This document shows positions 41,073-50,953 of a stretch of DNA of 64,000 nucleotides, in pieces. Numbering within the stretch: the stretch's first letter is position 1; the number at the start of each line of letters is the position of its first letter. The position numbers and the translations under genes were made by a program. The notes under the pieces are model-generated. The model was not told where the DNA came from, searched no databases, and saw only the letters and a list, made by a program, of their open reading frames with translations. Source of the stretch: Cyanobacteriota bacterium (GTDB taxonomy: Bacteria; Cyanobacteriota; Cyanobacteriia; Cyanobacteriales; Nostocaceae); NCBI GenBank assembly GCA_046045965.1, contig JBJOKS010000004.1, forward strand, positions 1 to 64,000, written 5' to 3'.

Positions 41073-41250
41073 CTCAAAAGCAAAAAATATAGCCCGAAAC
41101 AAAAACGCATCTGCTAAAATAGCGGCAAGCGTTGATTATTTCGGGTCTAATTATTTTTTACTGACAGCTTTTTTTGTTTCCATCACATGGGTCAAAACTG
41201 TAAACCTTGGTGCAAAATAACAAGGTGAAGCAATGTAAGAAACGGGGGGT

Positions 41251-41481
41251 ATGACGACCGTGGCCAAAAAAAACGAAGCAGAAATGCCAGAAACTGGAAA
41301 TGGGTTTAGCTTAAACAACTTCTTCCAAGGCACAAAAGAAGAACTTGACAAAGTAGTTTGGCCCAGTCGGAAGCAGTTGGTGAGTGAATCAGCAGCTGTG
41401 TTATTAATGGTGACACTCTCCGCATCTTTGATATATTTGGTCGATGGATTGTTTGCTTGGGCAGCAAAACAGGTATTCTGA
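41251..41481 (+). CDS. secE: Preprotein translocase subunit SecE
   Basis: EELDKVVWPSRK; alternative GTG start at 41260. Confidence 0.95.
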   Translation: MTTVAKKNEAEMPETGNGFSLNNFFQGTKEELDKVVWPSRKQLVSESAAVLLMVTLSASLIYLVDGLFAWAAKQVF

Positions 41482-42110
41482 TGACTTTTGCAACAGACGA
41501 ACCACGGGATGCTTTGCAGTCAGAGGAAGCACTAGAAGCAGCGCACAAAGAAGCACGCTGGTATGCGGTGCAAGTAGCTTCTGGCTGTGAAAAGCGCGTG
41601 AAGACAAACTTAGAGCAGCGCATCCAAACTTTTGATGTAGCTGACAAAATCATCCAGGTAGAAATTCCCCACACCCCAGCGGTGAAAATCCGTAAAGATG
41701 GTAGCCGCCAACACACTGAGGAAAAAGTTTTTCCAGGGTATGTGTTAGTGCGGATGATGTTGAGTGATGATACCTGGCAGGTGGTACGGAACACTACCCA
41801 TGTAATTAACTTTGTGGGAGCCGAACAGAAACGTGGTAGCGGCCGAGGTCGTGGTCACGTCAAGCCAGTACCCCTGAGTAACTCAGAAGTAGAACGTATA
41901 TTCAAACAAACGACAGAACAAGAACCAGTAGTCAAAATTGATATGGCTACAGGTGATAAGATAATGGTGCTTTCGGGTCCGTTCAAGGATTTTGAAGGTG
42001 AGGTGATTGAAGTTTCGCCAGAACGGAGTAAACTAAAAGCTCTACTCTCGATTTTCGGACGAGATACACCAGTAGAATTGGAATTTAATCAGGTAGAAAA
42101 ACAGAGCTAA
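41481..42110 (+). CDS. nusG: Transcription termination/antitermination factor NusG
   Basis: WYAVQVASGCE, FPGYVLV, GPFKDFEG, IFGRDTPVEL; ATG overlaps the secE TGA. Confidence 0.98.
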   Translation: MTFATDEPRDALQSEEALEAAHKEARWYAVQVASGCEKRVKTNLEQRIQTFDVADKIIQVEIPHTPAVKIRKDGSRQHTEEKVFPGYVLVRMMLSDDTWQVVRNTTHVINFVGAEQKRGSGRGRGHVKPVPLSNSEVERIFKQTTEQEPVVKIDMATGDKIMVLSGPFKDFEGEVIEVSPERSKLKALLSIFGRDTPVELEFNQVEKQS

Positions 42111-42116
42111 ATCCAA

Positions 42117-42542
42117 ATGGCGAAGAAAGTAGTAGCGGTCATTAAATTGGCCTTGAACGCTGGGAAAGCCAACCCAGCACCGCCTGTAGGACCCGCACTG
42201 GGTCAACATGGCGTTAACATCATGATGTTCTGCAAAGAGTACAACGCCAAAACAGCAGACCAAGCTGGAATGGTGATACCTGTAGAAATTTCGGTGTTTG
42301 AAGACCGGAGTTTTACATTTGTACTCAAAACACCCCCAGCATCAGTATTGATTCGCAAGGCAGCGAAAATTGAAAGAGGTTCTAATGAACCCAACAAAAA
42401 GAAAGTTGGGAGCATTACTAAAGCTCAATTGCGAGAAATTGCCCAAACTAAACTTCCTGACCTCAATGCTAATGACATTGACGCAGCGATGAATATTGTG
42501 GCAGGAACAGCTAAAAACATGGGTGTTACCATCACAGAATAA
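42117..42542 (+). CDS. rplK: 50S ribosomal protein L11
   Basis: [19 protein letters not shown]. Confidence 0.99.
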   Translation: MAKKVVAVIKLALNAGKANPAPPVGPALGQHGVNIMMFCKEYNAKTADQAGMVIPVEISVFEDRSFTFVLKTPPASVLIRKAAKIERGSNEPNKKKVGSITKAQLREIAQTKLPDLNANDIDAAMNIVAGTAKNMGVTITE

Positions 42543-42670
42543 GAAATGAATAAATTTTGAATTTTGAACATTGGGTTAAAAAATACACTCAATGCAAAAT
42601 CCAAAATCTAAAATCCAAAATTTTATCGGGGGAGAGGTGAGAAACTTCGAGATTACCCCAGGAGAGAAAA

Positions 42671-43387
42671 ATGGGAAAGAAAATATCACGCCGTTTACAG
42701 GCGTTGCAAGACAAAGTAGAAGATAGGGACTACACACCTTTAGAAGCTCTGGCTCTGTTAAAAGAGACAGCAACAGCTAAATTCGCTGAAGCCGCAGAAG
42801 CACATATCCGGCTAGGAATTGACCCCAAGTATACAGACCAACAACTGCGGACAACGGTAGCACTGCCTAAAGGTACAGGGCAAATAGTCCGGGTAGCAGT
42901 GATTGCTAGAGGGGAAAAGGTAACAGAAGCTACGAATGCTGGTGCGGATATCGCTGGTTCAGAAGAACTGATTGACGATATTCAAAAAGGCATGATGGAC
43001 TTCGACAAGCTAATTGCCACCCCAGATGTGATGCCACAGGTAGCAAAGCTGGGTAAATTGCTTGGTCCTCGTGGTTTGATGCCATCACCCAAAGGTGGTA
43101 CAGTCACATTTGATGTTGCTAGTGCGATCGCCGAATTCAAAGCTGGTAAATTAGAATTTCGTGCAGATCGGACTGGTATTGTCCATGTTATGTTTGGTAA
43201 GGCTTCCTTTGCACCAGAAGATTTGTTAGTCAACCTCAAAGCATTGCAAGAGACAATTGACCGTAACCGTCCTTCAGGAGCAAAAGGCCGGTACTGGCGT
43301 ACATTCTACGTCTCTGCCACCATGGGTCCGTCAATTAAAATTGACATTAACGCCCTCAGAGATTTAAAACTGACTGAAGCTGCATAA
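42671..43387 (+). CDS. rplA: 50S ribosomal protein L1
   Basis: [14 protein letters not shown]. Confidence 0.99.
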   Translation: MGKKISRRLQALQDKVEDRDYTPLEALALLKETATAKFAEAAEAHIRLGIDPKYTDQQLRTTVALPKGTGQIVRVAVIARGEKVTEATNAGADIAGSEELIDDIQKGMMDFDKLIATPDVMPQVAKLGKLLGPRGLMPSPKGGTVTFDVASAIAEFKAGKLEFRADRTGIVHVMFGKASFAPEDLLVNLKALQETIDRNRPSGAKGRYWRTFYVSATMGPSIKIDINALRDLKLTEAA

Positions 43388-43488
43388 TTGGGTAATGGGT
43401 AATGGGTAATGGGTAATGGGTAATTGGTGAATATAAACCAATGACCAATACGAATGACTAATGACCAATAACCAAAATTAAATAAGCA

Positions 43489-43630
43489 AAGCCGGAGACA
43501 GCAGGTGCTAATAGCTTAATATCCTGCCGAGGTTGTAATTTTAAGTGACTGAAGTTTGCTCAAGAAAAATTTGAGAACTAAAGCATCAAAATTACCACTG
43601 TGAAACCCCGGCCAAGATAGCTGGGGTTAA
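43489..43630 (+). ncRNA. L10 leader cis-regulatory RNA
   Basis: CCGGAGACAGCAGG...TTAATATCCTGCCGAGG core and CCCCGGC...GCTGGGG hairpin upstream of rplJ. Confidence 0.8.
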
Positions 43631-43702
43631 TTGTTTTCGGCAAGTCAGAAGAAAGGTGACTGGGGACTGGTGACTGGGAAGATGGGGAGAAATATTTACC
43701 TT

Positions 43703-43733
<31 letters not shown>

Positions 43734-43791
43734 CTTTTTGCCTTTTCCCACTGACCACTAATAAGATTTTGCCCTTGGAGGTGAAAAGATA

Positions 43792-44343
43792 ATGGGTCGA
43801 ACGTTAGAAAACAAGAAAGAGATAGTAGCTGACCTCAAAGGAACTTTAAGCGAGTCAACTTTAGCACTGGTAATTGATTACCAAGGTCTAACAGTTGCAG
43901 AAATCAGTGACTTAAGGCGGCGTTTACGTCCTAGTGGCACAGTCTGTAAGGTGACAAAAAACACCTTTATGGGCATTGCCATTCAGGAAGATGAAAAATG
44001 GCAACCTTTGTCAGAACTGCTCAAAGGTTCTTCTGCCTTTTTACTAGTTAAAGAAGATTTCTCTTCAGCAATTAAGGCTTACCAAGAATTCCAAAAAACC
44101 TCCAAGAAGACAGAACTTCGTGGCGGCGTTATGGACGGTCGCCTGTTGCAAGAAGCGGATGTCAAAGCACTAGGAGACTTGCCATCTAAGGAACAACTCA
44201 TGGCGCAAATTGCTGGAGCTATCAACGCTTTGGCTACCAAAATTGCTGTGGGTATCAACGAAGTTCCCAGTTCTTTGGCTCGCGGTATTCAGGCTGTCGC
44301 TGATAAAGACAAAGACGATAGTGCTGAAACTGCGGCTGAATAA
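43792..44343 (+). CDS. rplJ: 50S ribosomal protein L10
   Basis: [27 protein letters not shown]. Confidence 0.98.
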   Translation: MGRTLENKKEIVADLKGTLSESTLALVIDYQGLTVAEISDLRRRLRPSGTVCKVTKNTFMGIAIQEDEKWQPLSELLKGSSAFLLVKEDFSSAIKAYQEFQKTSKKTELRGGVMDGRLLQEADVKALGDLPSKEQLMAQIAGAINALATKIAVGINEVPSSLARGIQAVADKDKDDSAETAAE

Positions 44344-44442
44344 AACTTTTTCATTAGTTGAATGCTGTTAGTCACAACTAATAACTAATGACTAATGAAT
44401 AACTGACAAAAAACAAATCAAAATTTTTTAGGAGTTATATCC

Positions 44443-44832
44443 ATGTCTGCTGCAACCGAACAAATTTTAGAACAGTTGAAATCTTTGACCTTGTTGGAAG
44501 CTTCCGAATTAGTTAAGCAAATTGAAGAAGCTTTTGGTGTAAGTGCTGCTCCTGCTGCTGGTGGCATGATGATGATGGCTGCTCCTGGTGCTGCTGCTGC
44601 TGAAGTTGTAGAAGAAAAGACCGAATTTGATGCAATTCTGGAAGCTGTACCTGCTGATAAGAAAATTGCAGTTCTGAAGATTGTCCGTGAAATCACGGGT
44701 TTAGGTCTGAAAGAAGCTAAAGACTTAGTAGAAGCTGCTCCTAAGCCAGTTAAAGAAGGTATAGCTAAGGACGCTGCTGAAGACATCAAGAAGCGCATCG
44801 CCGAAGCTGGTGGTACTGTAACCATCAAGTAA
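44443..44832 (+). CDS. rplL: 50S ribosomal protein L7/L12
   Basis: [19 protein letters not shown]. Confidence 0.99.
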   Translation: MSAATEQILEQLKSLTLLEASELVKQIEEAFGVSAAPAAGGMMMMAAPGAAAAEVVEEKTEFDAILEAVPADKKIAVLKIVREITGLGLKEAKDLVEAAPKPVKEGIAKDAAEDIKKRIAEAGGTVTIK

Positions 44833-44882
44833 TTCATAATTGTTAATTCCTAATTCATAATTAAGGATTAGGAATTATTAAT

Positions 44883-45084
44883 TAGGGTTTGCTGAAAAAG
44901 TCCTTTCGTTAGGGCTAGGAGTCAGGAGTCAGGAGGAGAGTTAAAAACATTTTTTCATCTCTGGCTGCTCACAAAAGTGCAAAGTTTTTCAGACACAAGA
45001 CACTATAACCTTGCATCTCCCGTCTTTTTTATGAGCTTCAAACCTTTGATTTATCGAGGTTTTAGCTTTATTCACCAAGCCCTA
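44883..45084. mobile_element. Putative MITE of about 200 bp
   Basis: Imperfect TIRs TAGGGTTTGCTGAAAAAG / CTTTATTCACCAAGCCCTA; TAATTA on both sides. Confidence 0.6.
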
Positions 45085-45103
45085 ATTATTAATTATTAAT
45101 TAG

Positions 45104-45128
45104 GGAGTCTTTCAAAGACTCCTTTTTT
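45104..45128 (+). terminator. Rho-independent terminator of rplJL
   Basis: GGAGTCTTTCAAAGACTCC hairpin followed by a T run. Confidence 0.75.
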
Positions 45129-45202
45129 AATTTTGACGAAAAAACTTGCCTCTGTATATTTATGCTACTAACAAATATTCTGACTCCTGACTCCTGACAT
45201 TT

Positions 45203-47107
45203 TTAACATTTGTTAGCTGTTGCAGGATCAACAAAATCATGTAAATCTGCTTCCCAAATACTAATGTAAATAGAATCGCAGTTTTGGCGAATTATTTGCC
45301 CTTTAACTCCACCTTTTCTAAAGGTAAAATTATCTGTTTGACGCTGTTGAATTTGTTGTAGTCCTTGTTGAATTTCTGCGGTAGCTTTTCCTGCTAATAA
45401 ACCATTTAAAGTTGTTTGCATTAATTGATGATCTACAGTTCCCGCAAAACCGACTTCTGTTTGTCTGAGTCTACCAGTATCACGGTCAAATAAATAACCC
45501 AGGTCTATTTTATCGGGTACTACTTCATATATAACTGCACGGGTATTAGGCCACACACCCCTTAAATCTCTTTTAGGCTTACCCAGTGTTGCTTCTACAC
45601 TACTTCTTGATGTACCTGTGGGAAATACTGGTACACTTTTCCTAATGTTAGTGGCTAATTGATCAGGTAATTCCTTTTTTTTCTGGCCTGGTTTTTTCTT
45701 GTCATCGGCAAATTCAACTTGTGGAGAGACTAGTTCTGGTTGAATTGCTAAATCTTGATTTTCTGGTTCTGATTGTTTCTTTTCATCAGAAAATACCTCT
45801 TGTGTGGTAGCTTGTTCAGATTGAGGTTGCTGTTGTATTTCTCCTTGCTGTATGGGAGTATTTTCACTTACAGGCTCATCCCCTGTTGGTTGTGTTAATT
45901 CCTGGTCAGAATTAGTTTCTGGAATAGGATGAGAAGAGATTTCTTGTTGTTGAATAGAGTCAGTTGGTGTAATTATTGGTGTTGGGGAAACTTGCTGAAG
46001 TGGGATATTTGTTGGTAAAGCTGTGGAAGTTTCTGTTTCTGTTTTAACCGAGGATTGGGTTACTACTGAGGCTGAGGGTTGTGGCTGACGGTTGGACGCT
46101 GTGACTATACCAATTAAAATACCAATTACTACACCACCAATGATGATAGCGGGTTTTTGCCAGCTGGTAGGATTGTTAACTTGTTTGATAACGGGAGTTT
46201 TTGCGGGTGAATATATTGCCTGGGTTGGCTGGCTAAGGATGTTTGTGGCGCTCGTGGTGGGAGAATGGGAAGAAATATGATTATGACCAGATTTTAAAGC
46301 ATAGAGCATTTTGCTGGCTGTGGTGTAGCGATCGCTCGGACGTGGTTCAATGGCTTGAGTAATTATCTGTACCATTGCTGGGGATATACCAGCAGCGTAT
46401 TGTTGCCAAAGTATTTGTCCTGTTTGGGGGTGAGTTTCTAACTCTTGGGGTTGTTTACCTGTGAGTAGATAAATTGCCGTCAAGCCTAAACTATAGATAT
46501 CTGTAGCATAAACTGGACGACCGATGGCTTGCTCACTGGGCATATACCCTGGTGTACCTATGACTATTGATTGTACAGGATTGCCTGAAGGATTGATGAC
46601 AGTACGGATGGTTTCTTTAACTGCACCGAAATCAATTAAAACTGGTTTGTGATCGTGGGAGCGAAGGATGATATTATCTGGTTTTATATCTCGATGAATG
46701 ATACCTTTACTGTGGACATAATCTAAAACTGACAGCAAACTTACAAGAATTTCTCTAACTATAGTTTCGTTTAATTTGCCTTTTGATTGGATAATATTGG
46801 TGAGGGTTTGTCCTTCAATCCATTCTTGCACAAGGTAAAACTTGCCATTTTCTGGGAAATAGGCGTAAAGTTTGGGTATTTGATCGCTGCTTTCTCCCAA
46901 ATTTTCTAATATTGCTGCTTCTCGTTCAAATCTTTGTTGAATGAGTTGAGAAGTTCCAGGATCGTGGTTAATGGGTTTAAGTTCTTTGATGACAAAGCGA
47001 CGACGGGAAGGAAGGTGAATATCTTCTGCGAGGGATGTTTCCCCAAACCCACCTGAACCGAGTACCTGGATAACTTGATAGCGGTTGTTTAACAGTTTTG
47101 TGGTCAT
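45203..47107 (-). CDS. Membrane Ser/Thr protein kinase (Pkn2-type)
   Basis: GSGGFG, HRDIKPDN, DFG, GTPGYM; TM helix then Pro/Thr/Gln-rich linker. Confidence 0.95.
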   Translation of the reverse strand: MTTKLLNNRYQVIQVLGSGGFGETSLAEDIHLPSRRRFVIKELKPINHDPGTSQLIQQRFEREAAILENLGESSDQIPKLYAYFPENGKFYLVQEWIEGQTLTNIIQSKGKLNETIVREILVSLLSVLDYVHSKGIIHRDIKPDNIILRSHDHKPVLIDFGAVKETIRTVINPSGNPVQSIVIGTPGYMPSEQAIGRPVYATDIYSLGLTAIYLLTGKQPQELETHPQTGQILWQQYAAGISPAMVQIITQAIEPRPSDRYTTASKMLYALKSGHNHISSHSPTTSATNILSQPTQAIYSPAKTPVIKQVNNPTSWQKPAIIIGGVVIGILIGIVTASNRQPQPSASVVTQSSVKTETETSTALPTNIPLQQVSPTPIITPTDSIQQQEISSHPIPETNSDQELTQPTGDEPVSENTPIQQGEIQQQPQSEQATTQEVFSDEKKQSEPENQDLAIQPELVSPQVEFADDKKKPGQKKKELPDQLATNIRKSVPVFPTGTSRSSVEATLGKPKRDLRGVWPNTRAVIYEVVPDKIDLGYLFDRDTGRLRQTEVGFAGTVDHQLMQTTLNGLLAGKATAEIQQGLQQIQQRQTDNFTFRKGGVKGQIIRQNCDSIYISIWEADLHDFVDPATANKC

Positions 47108-47185
47108 GAAACGTTACACGCGAGATCCTTTCCCAATGTATATCAGATACTTTGACGATGTAACTACTGAATGTTTCCTGGTTAT

Positions 47186-47638
47186 TTACGATTTTGCAGT
47201 CATCAAATTTGCACCTAGTAGCTGTGCTAATGCTTTTCCTCCTTCTGCCATGATGGTGTTATGATTCGATTCCATTAGGGGACGGATAAATATTGCTAAG
47301 ATGTTCATCCAAGCTTTTGTGGTTTTGACTTTCCAGGTATAACGGATTAAAGTCCCTTTTTCAATTGACTCTAATTCCCATAAACCAATACCATCTACAT
47401 CTCCTTTGGCGATTAATTCTAGCACTATTGGCGGTTCGACTCTGGTTAATTTTGTATCAAATGCAATTTTATAATATAGGGGAGTTTTCCAGATGAAGCG
47501 GTGGTAATCTTGGATGGGAATTACTCTTTCTACATATTTCCACCAAGTTGGCCAGTTTTGATAATTAATAATTTCTGACCATAGTTTTTCTATGGGTGCG
47601 TCGATAATCCAAGTTGTGATAAATTTGTATTCTGTCAT
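47186..47638 (-). CDS. SRPBCC/polyketide cyclase-like protein
   Basis: IDAPIEKLW...NWPTWW motif. Confidence 0.8.
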   Translation of the reverse strand: MTEYKFITTWIIDAPIEKLWSEIINYQNWPTWWKYVERVIPIQDYHRFIWKTPLYYKIAFDTKLTRVEPPIVLELIAKGDVDGIGLWELESIEKGTLIRYTWKVKTTKAWMNILAIFIRPLMESNHNTIMAEGGKALAQLLGANLMTAKS

Positions 47639-47699
47639 ATTAATTTTTGATTTTCGATTATAAATTTACAGTGTTAATTTTTGGTTAATTTGGTAATTA

Positions 47700-47799
47700 T
47701 AGCAATCCTAAATAAGATATGAACACCTCTTTTTCTCTACCTCTGCGCTCTCTGCGGTTCGTTTTAAAAACGCCGTTCATAAATCAAATAGGATTGCTA
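47700..47799. mobile_element. MITE (100 bp), inverted copy of the 29488 element
   Basis: TA|TAGCAATCCTA...TAGGATTGCTA|TA. Confidence 0.85.
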
Positions 47800-47810
47800 T
47801 ATCAACCCAT

Positions 47811-49283
47811 TTATTTAAAATAGCGCAAATTATTACGCTCTTGATATTGATTAATAAATTTTGCATTCTCAATTTCAAATTTTGATAATAAACTTACAGG
47901 AAATTCCTGGGTTGAATATTGGGGATTATACCAAGATTGTTGATTAAAGTAATCTTGTAACCCAGGAGTATCAAACCTGCGTCCATGAACTGCAAAAATT
48001 GTATTTCGCATAATATCTAATTCATAACCACTTTTACCTACTAAATCTGCTTCTGTCACTTGTCTTTGAGAAAGCCAAAAATAATTATTTTCTGTATTTT
48101 CTGTGTTATTTGTGGTTTTTGTTTCTTGAACACTGGATGTTTTAATTTCAGGGTTGTTTATTGTTGTGGGTTTGGGACGGACAACGGATTTAGAAATTTT
48201 GTACTCTGAAGATATTTCTTGTTGTTCATTGGTGGGATTTGTTCTTTTAGTAGAAATTGATATTTCTGCTTCTTTGACAGTTTCTAAGGATGTATTGAGT
48301 ATTTGTGTAATAATAGCAGCACCAGTTAAACTAACAATAATTAAACTACCAATTATGATATTTTTGGGTTTATTATTGATAACTGGTTTAGTAATATTAA
48401 TAGTTGGTGGAATAGTTGGCTGTTGTGTGGGGGTAATTTCTTGATTTTGTATAGTGGAACTAGAATAGAATTGATTTTGTAAAGCATTTAACATTTCTCT
48501 AGCAGAACTAAATCTTTCTCGTGGATGATAAGCTATAGATTTATCAATTACTCCTGCTAAATGAGGAGGTATAGCACTAGCAAAATGTCGCCAAATTATC
48601 TCACCTGTTTGGGGATCTGTTTCTAGGGTTTGAGGTTGTTTCCCGGTTAATAAATAAATTGCTGTTAAACCTAAACTATATAAATCACTAGAATAAACTG
48701 GTCTTCCTGCTGCTTGTTCACTGGACATAAAACCGGGTGTACCAATAACAATTGAACTGGTAGGACTTCCCTGAGAATTTAACATAGTTGTCATTGATTC
48801 TCGCACCGCACCGAAATCAATTAAAACAGGTTTATTATCACGATGTCGAATAATAATATTATCTGGTTTAATATCTCTGTGAACTATTTTTTGAGAATGA
48901 ACATAATCTAAAACAGGTAAAATGTTAATGAATAATTCTTCAATTTCTCTTTCAGTAAATAACCCTTGTTTTTGCATTTTTGCTGTTAAAGTATCCCCTT
49001 CTATCCACTCCTGAACTAAGTAAAATTCTCCTCCTGTAGTGAAGTAAGCATATAAAGCAGGAATTTGATCAGATGCGCTACCAAGTGTTTCTAAAATTGC
49101 TGCTTCTCGTTGGAATCTCTCTTGTACTATTTGTTAAATTTGTGGATTATTGTGAATTGGTTTTAATTGTTTGACCACACAGAGACGCTGTGATGGCATA
49201 TTGGTATCTTGAGCGAGAAAGGTTTCACCAAACCCACCAGAACCCAGGGTGCGAATGACTTGATAGCGGTTGTTTAGCAGCAT
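47811..49283 (-). pseudogene. Ser/Thr kinase with YARHG-type extracellular domain, interrupted by an in-frame TAA at codon 50
   Basis: ATG at 49283 gives MLLNNRYQVIRTLGSGGFGET...NPQI*QIVQERFQREAA, in frame with the 48977 ORF; C-terminal RNTIFAVHGRRF...YFNQQSWY. Confidence 0.85.
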
Positions 49284-49313
49284 TGTTTTTAGGAATGGTT
49301 AAATACGATATCT

Positions 49314-49934
49314 CTAATAGCCATATTTTCGTTTTTTATTAGTAGATTGATTAGCTCTTGATTCTAAGGTAAAAACCGGAATTTCTTCAAGTTCATCTTC
49401 AGTTAAATTATACTGTTCACAAACCAAACTTAGGCGATTTCCAGGAGTTTTAACAGCGTTCACAGAATGGGTTAAATCTCCTTGAAAGTAAACCAAGGTA
49501 TTAGCTTGAGGTGTAACTTGTCCCACTTGGCGTTTAGGCGATTTTAGCACCAATTCTCCCCCTTCCATGTTTTCTGGTACTCGCACATAGAGAACACTAA
49601 CAAGAAGAGGAGGTTCAATGGTTTTACAATAAGAACGCAAAGAGCGATCTATGTGTGGATCAACACGAGAACCTTCTTTTAATAGTAAAGGATTCAGATA
49701 AAAAGCATTACAATTAGACTGAAGTGCTAAATCTAAATAAGGTTTAAAAAAGGGAAATTTTTGTTCAACAGTTGTTAATCCTTGACGTTTAAAAACTACA
49801 GAAAATCCTTTAGTATTGATAAAATCACGATTGAGGTTGTTGATAGCAAAGTAAGGACTAGATTGGATTTCACCCCACAAGTCATTGAGGTAATTATTAG
49901 GTAAAACGTTGGTTTGGAGTTGATAGTATTTCAC
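49314..49934 (-). CDS. 2OG-Fe(II) oxygenase
   Basis: HID, GGEL, HSV and RLSLV motifs. Confidence 0.85.
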   Translation of the reverse strand: MKYYQLQTNVLPNNYLNDLWGEIQSSPYFAINNLNRDFINTKGFSVVFKRQGLTTVEQKFPFFKPYLDLALQSNCNAFYLNPLLLKEGSRVDPHIDRSLRSYCKTIEPPLLVSVLYVRVPENMEGGELVLKSPKRQVGQVTPQANTLVYFQGDLTHSVNAVKTPGNRLSLVCEQYNLTEDELEEIPVFTLESRANQSTNKKRKYGY

Positions 49935-49997
49935 ATTCGTTCAATCACAAATTTACTAACCAGATCCCTGACTTATAAAATCAGTTTATTTCTTAAT

Positions 49998-50867
49998 TCA
50001 CATACTCCGCAAAATTCGCTCAATCATCTGATTTGCTTGGGAAGCATAACCACCACCAAACAAATTAAAATGATTTAAAATGTGATATAAATTATAAAGG
50101 GTTTTGCGTTTTTCATAACCCTCATCTAAAGAAAATACTTCTTGATATCCTTGATAGAAACTTGGAGGAAAACCGCCAAATAACTCTGTCATTGCAATAT
50201 CAACTTCGCGATCGCCAAAATAAGTAGCTGGATCAAAAATCACGGGTTCACCATCAATAGTAAATCCTGCATTTCCTCCCCATAAATCTCCGTGAACTAA
50301 GGCAGGTTGTATTTGATGATCTGCTAATAATTTGGGAATAGAGGCTATTAATTTATCTTGTAAAGGAAAACTCCCTCCTCGTCGCTTTGCTAATTGAAAT
50401 TGATAACCTAAACGATGTTCTGTATAAAATTCTATCCAGTCAGATGTCCAAGTATTAATTTGGGGTGTAGAACCGATAGTATTATTCATGTTCCAACCGA
50501 AACCTTGGTTAGTAGTTTTGTGCATTGCTGCTAAATTACGCCCCATTTTTTGCCAGGTTTCGTTATTACCATCGGTCATTTCTAGCCATTCTAATACTAT
50601 ATAACTAGAATTGCCTGTAGTTCCCCAACATAAAGGTTGAGGAACGCGGATAGTATGTGTTTTATACATTTGTTGTAAACCCAGCATTTCTGCTGCAAAC
50701 ATCTCTGCTTGAGACGCTTGGTTAAGTTTCACAAAGTAGGTGAGTTTACCATCACTAACTGCATAACCTTGGTTAATACATCCACCACTTACAGATAGAT
50801 GTTGGGAAGATTGAAATTTTTGGCCAGTTACTTGGCTAATATGATTATCAATTTCTTGCCAAATCAT
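49998..50867 (-). CDS. Fructosamine kinase family protein
   Basis: SGGCIN, HGDLWGGN, FDPATYFGDREVDIAM. Confidence 0.93.
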   Translation of the reverse strand: MIWQEIDNHISQVTGQKFQSSQHLSVSGGCINQGYAVSDGKLTYFVKLNQASQAEMFAAEMLGLQQMYKTHTIRVPQPLCWGTTGNSSYIVLEWLEMTDGNNETWQKMGRNLAAMHKTTNQGFGWNMNNTIGSTPQINTWTSDWIEFYTEHRLGYQFQLAKRRGGSFPLQDKLIASIPKLLADHQIQPALVHGDLWGGNAGFTIDGEPVIFDPATYFGDREVDIAMTELFGGFPPSFYQGYQEVFSLDEGYEKRKTLYNLYHILNHFNLFGGGYASQANQMIERILRSM

Positions 50868-50953
50868 AGTTAGTTATTAGTTATTAGTCAGAAGCAAAAG
50901 TTATACAATAGTATATTACCAGATACCAATGACCAATGACTAATTATCAATGA

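Noticed and set aside
41000..41100. tRNA-Trp as an integration site
   Set aside because: No duplicated tRNA 3' end or integrase in the window; standard rplS-trnW-secE synteny is intact.
41306..41794. 162-aa antisense ORF and similar short antisense ORFs over pnp, psbC, rpl and RND genes
   Set aside because: Shadow frames of highly conserved genes with no recognisable motifs.
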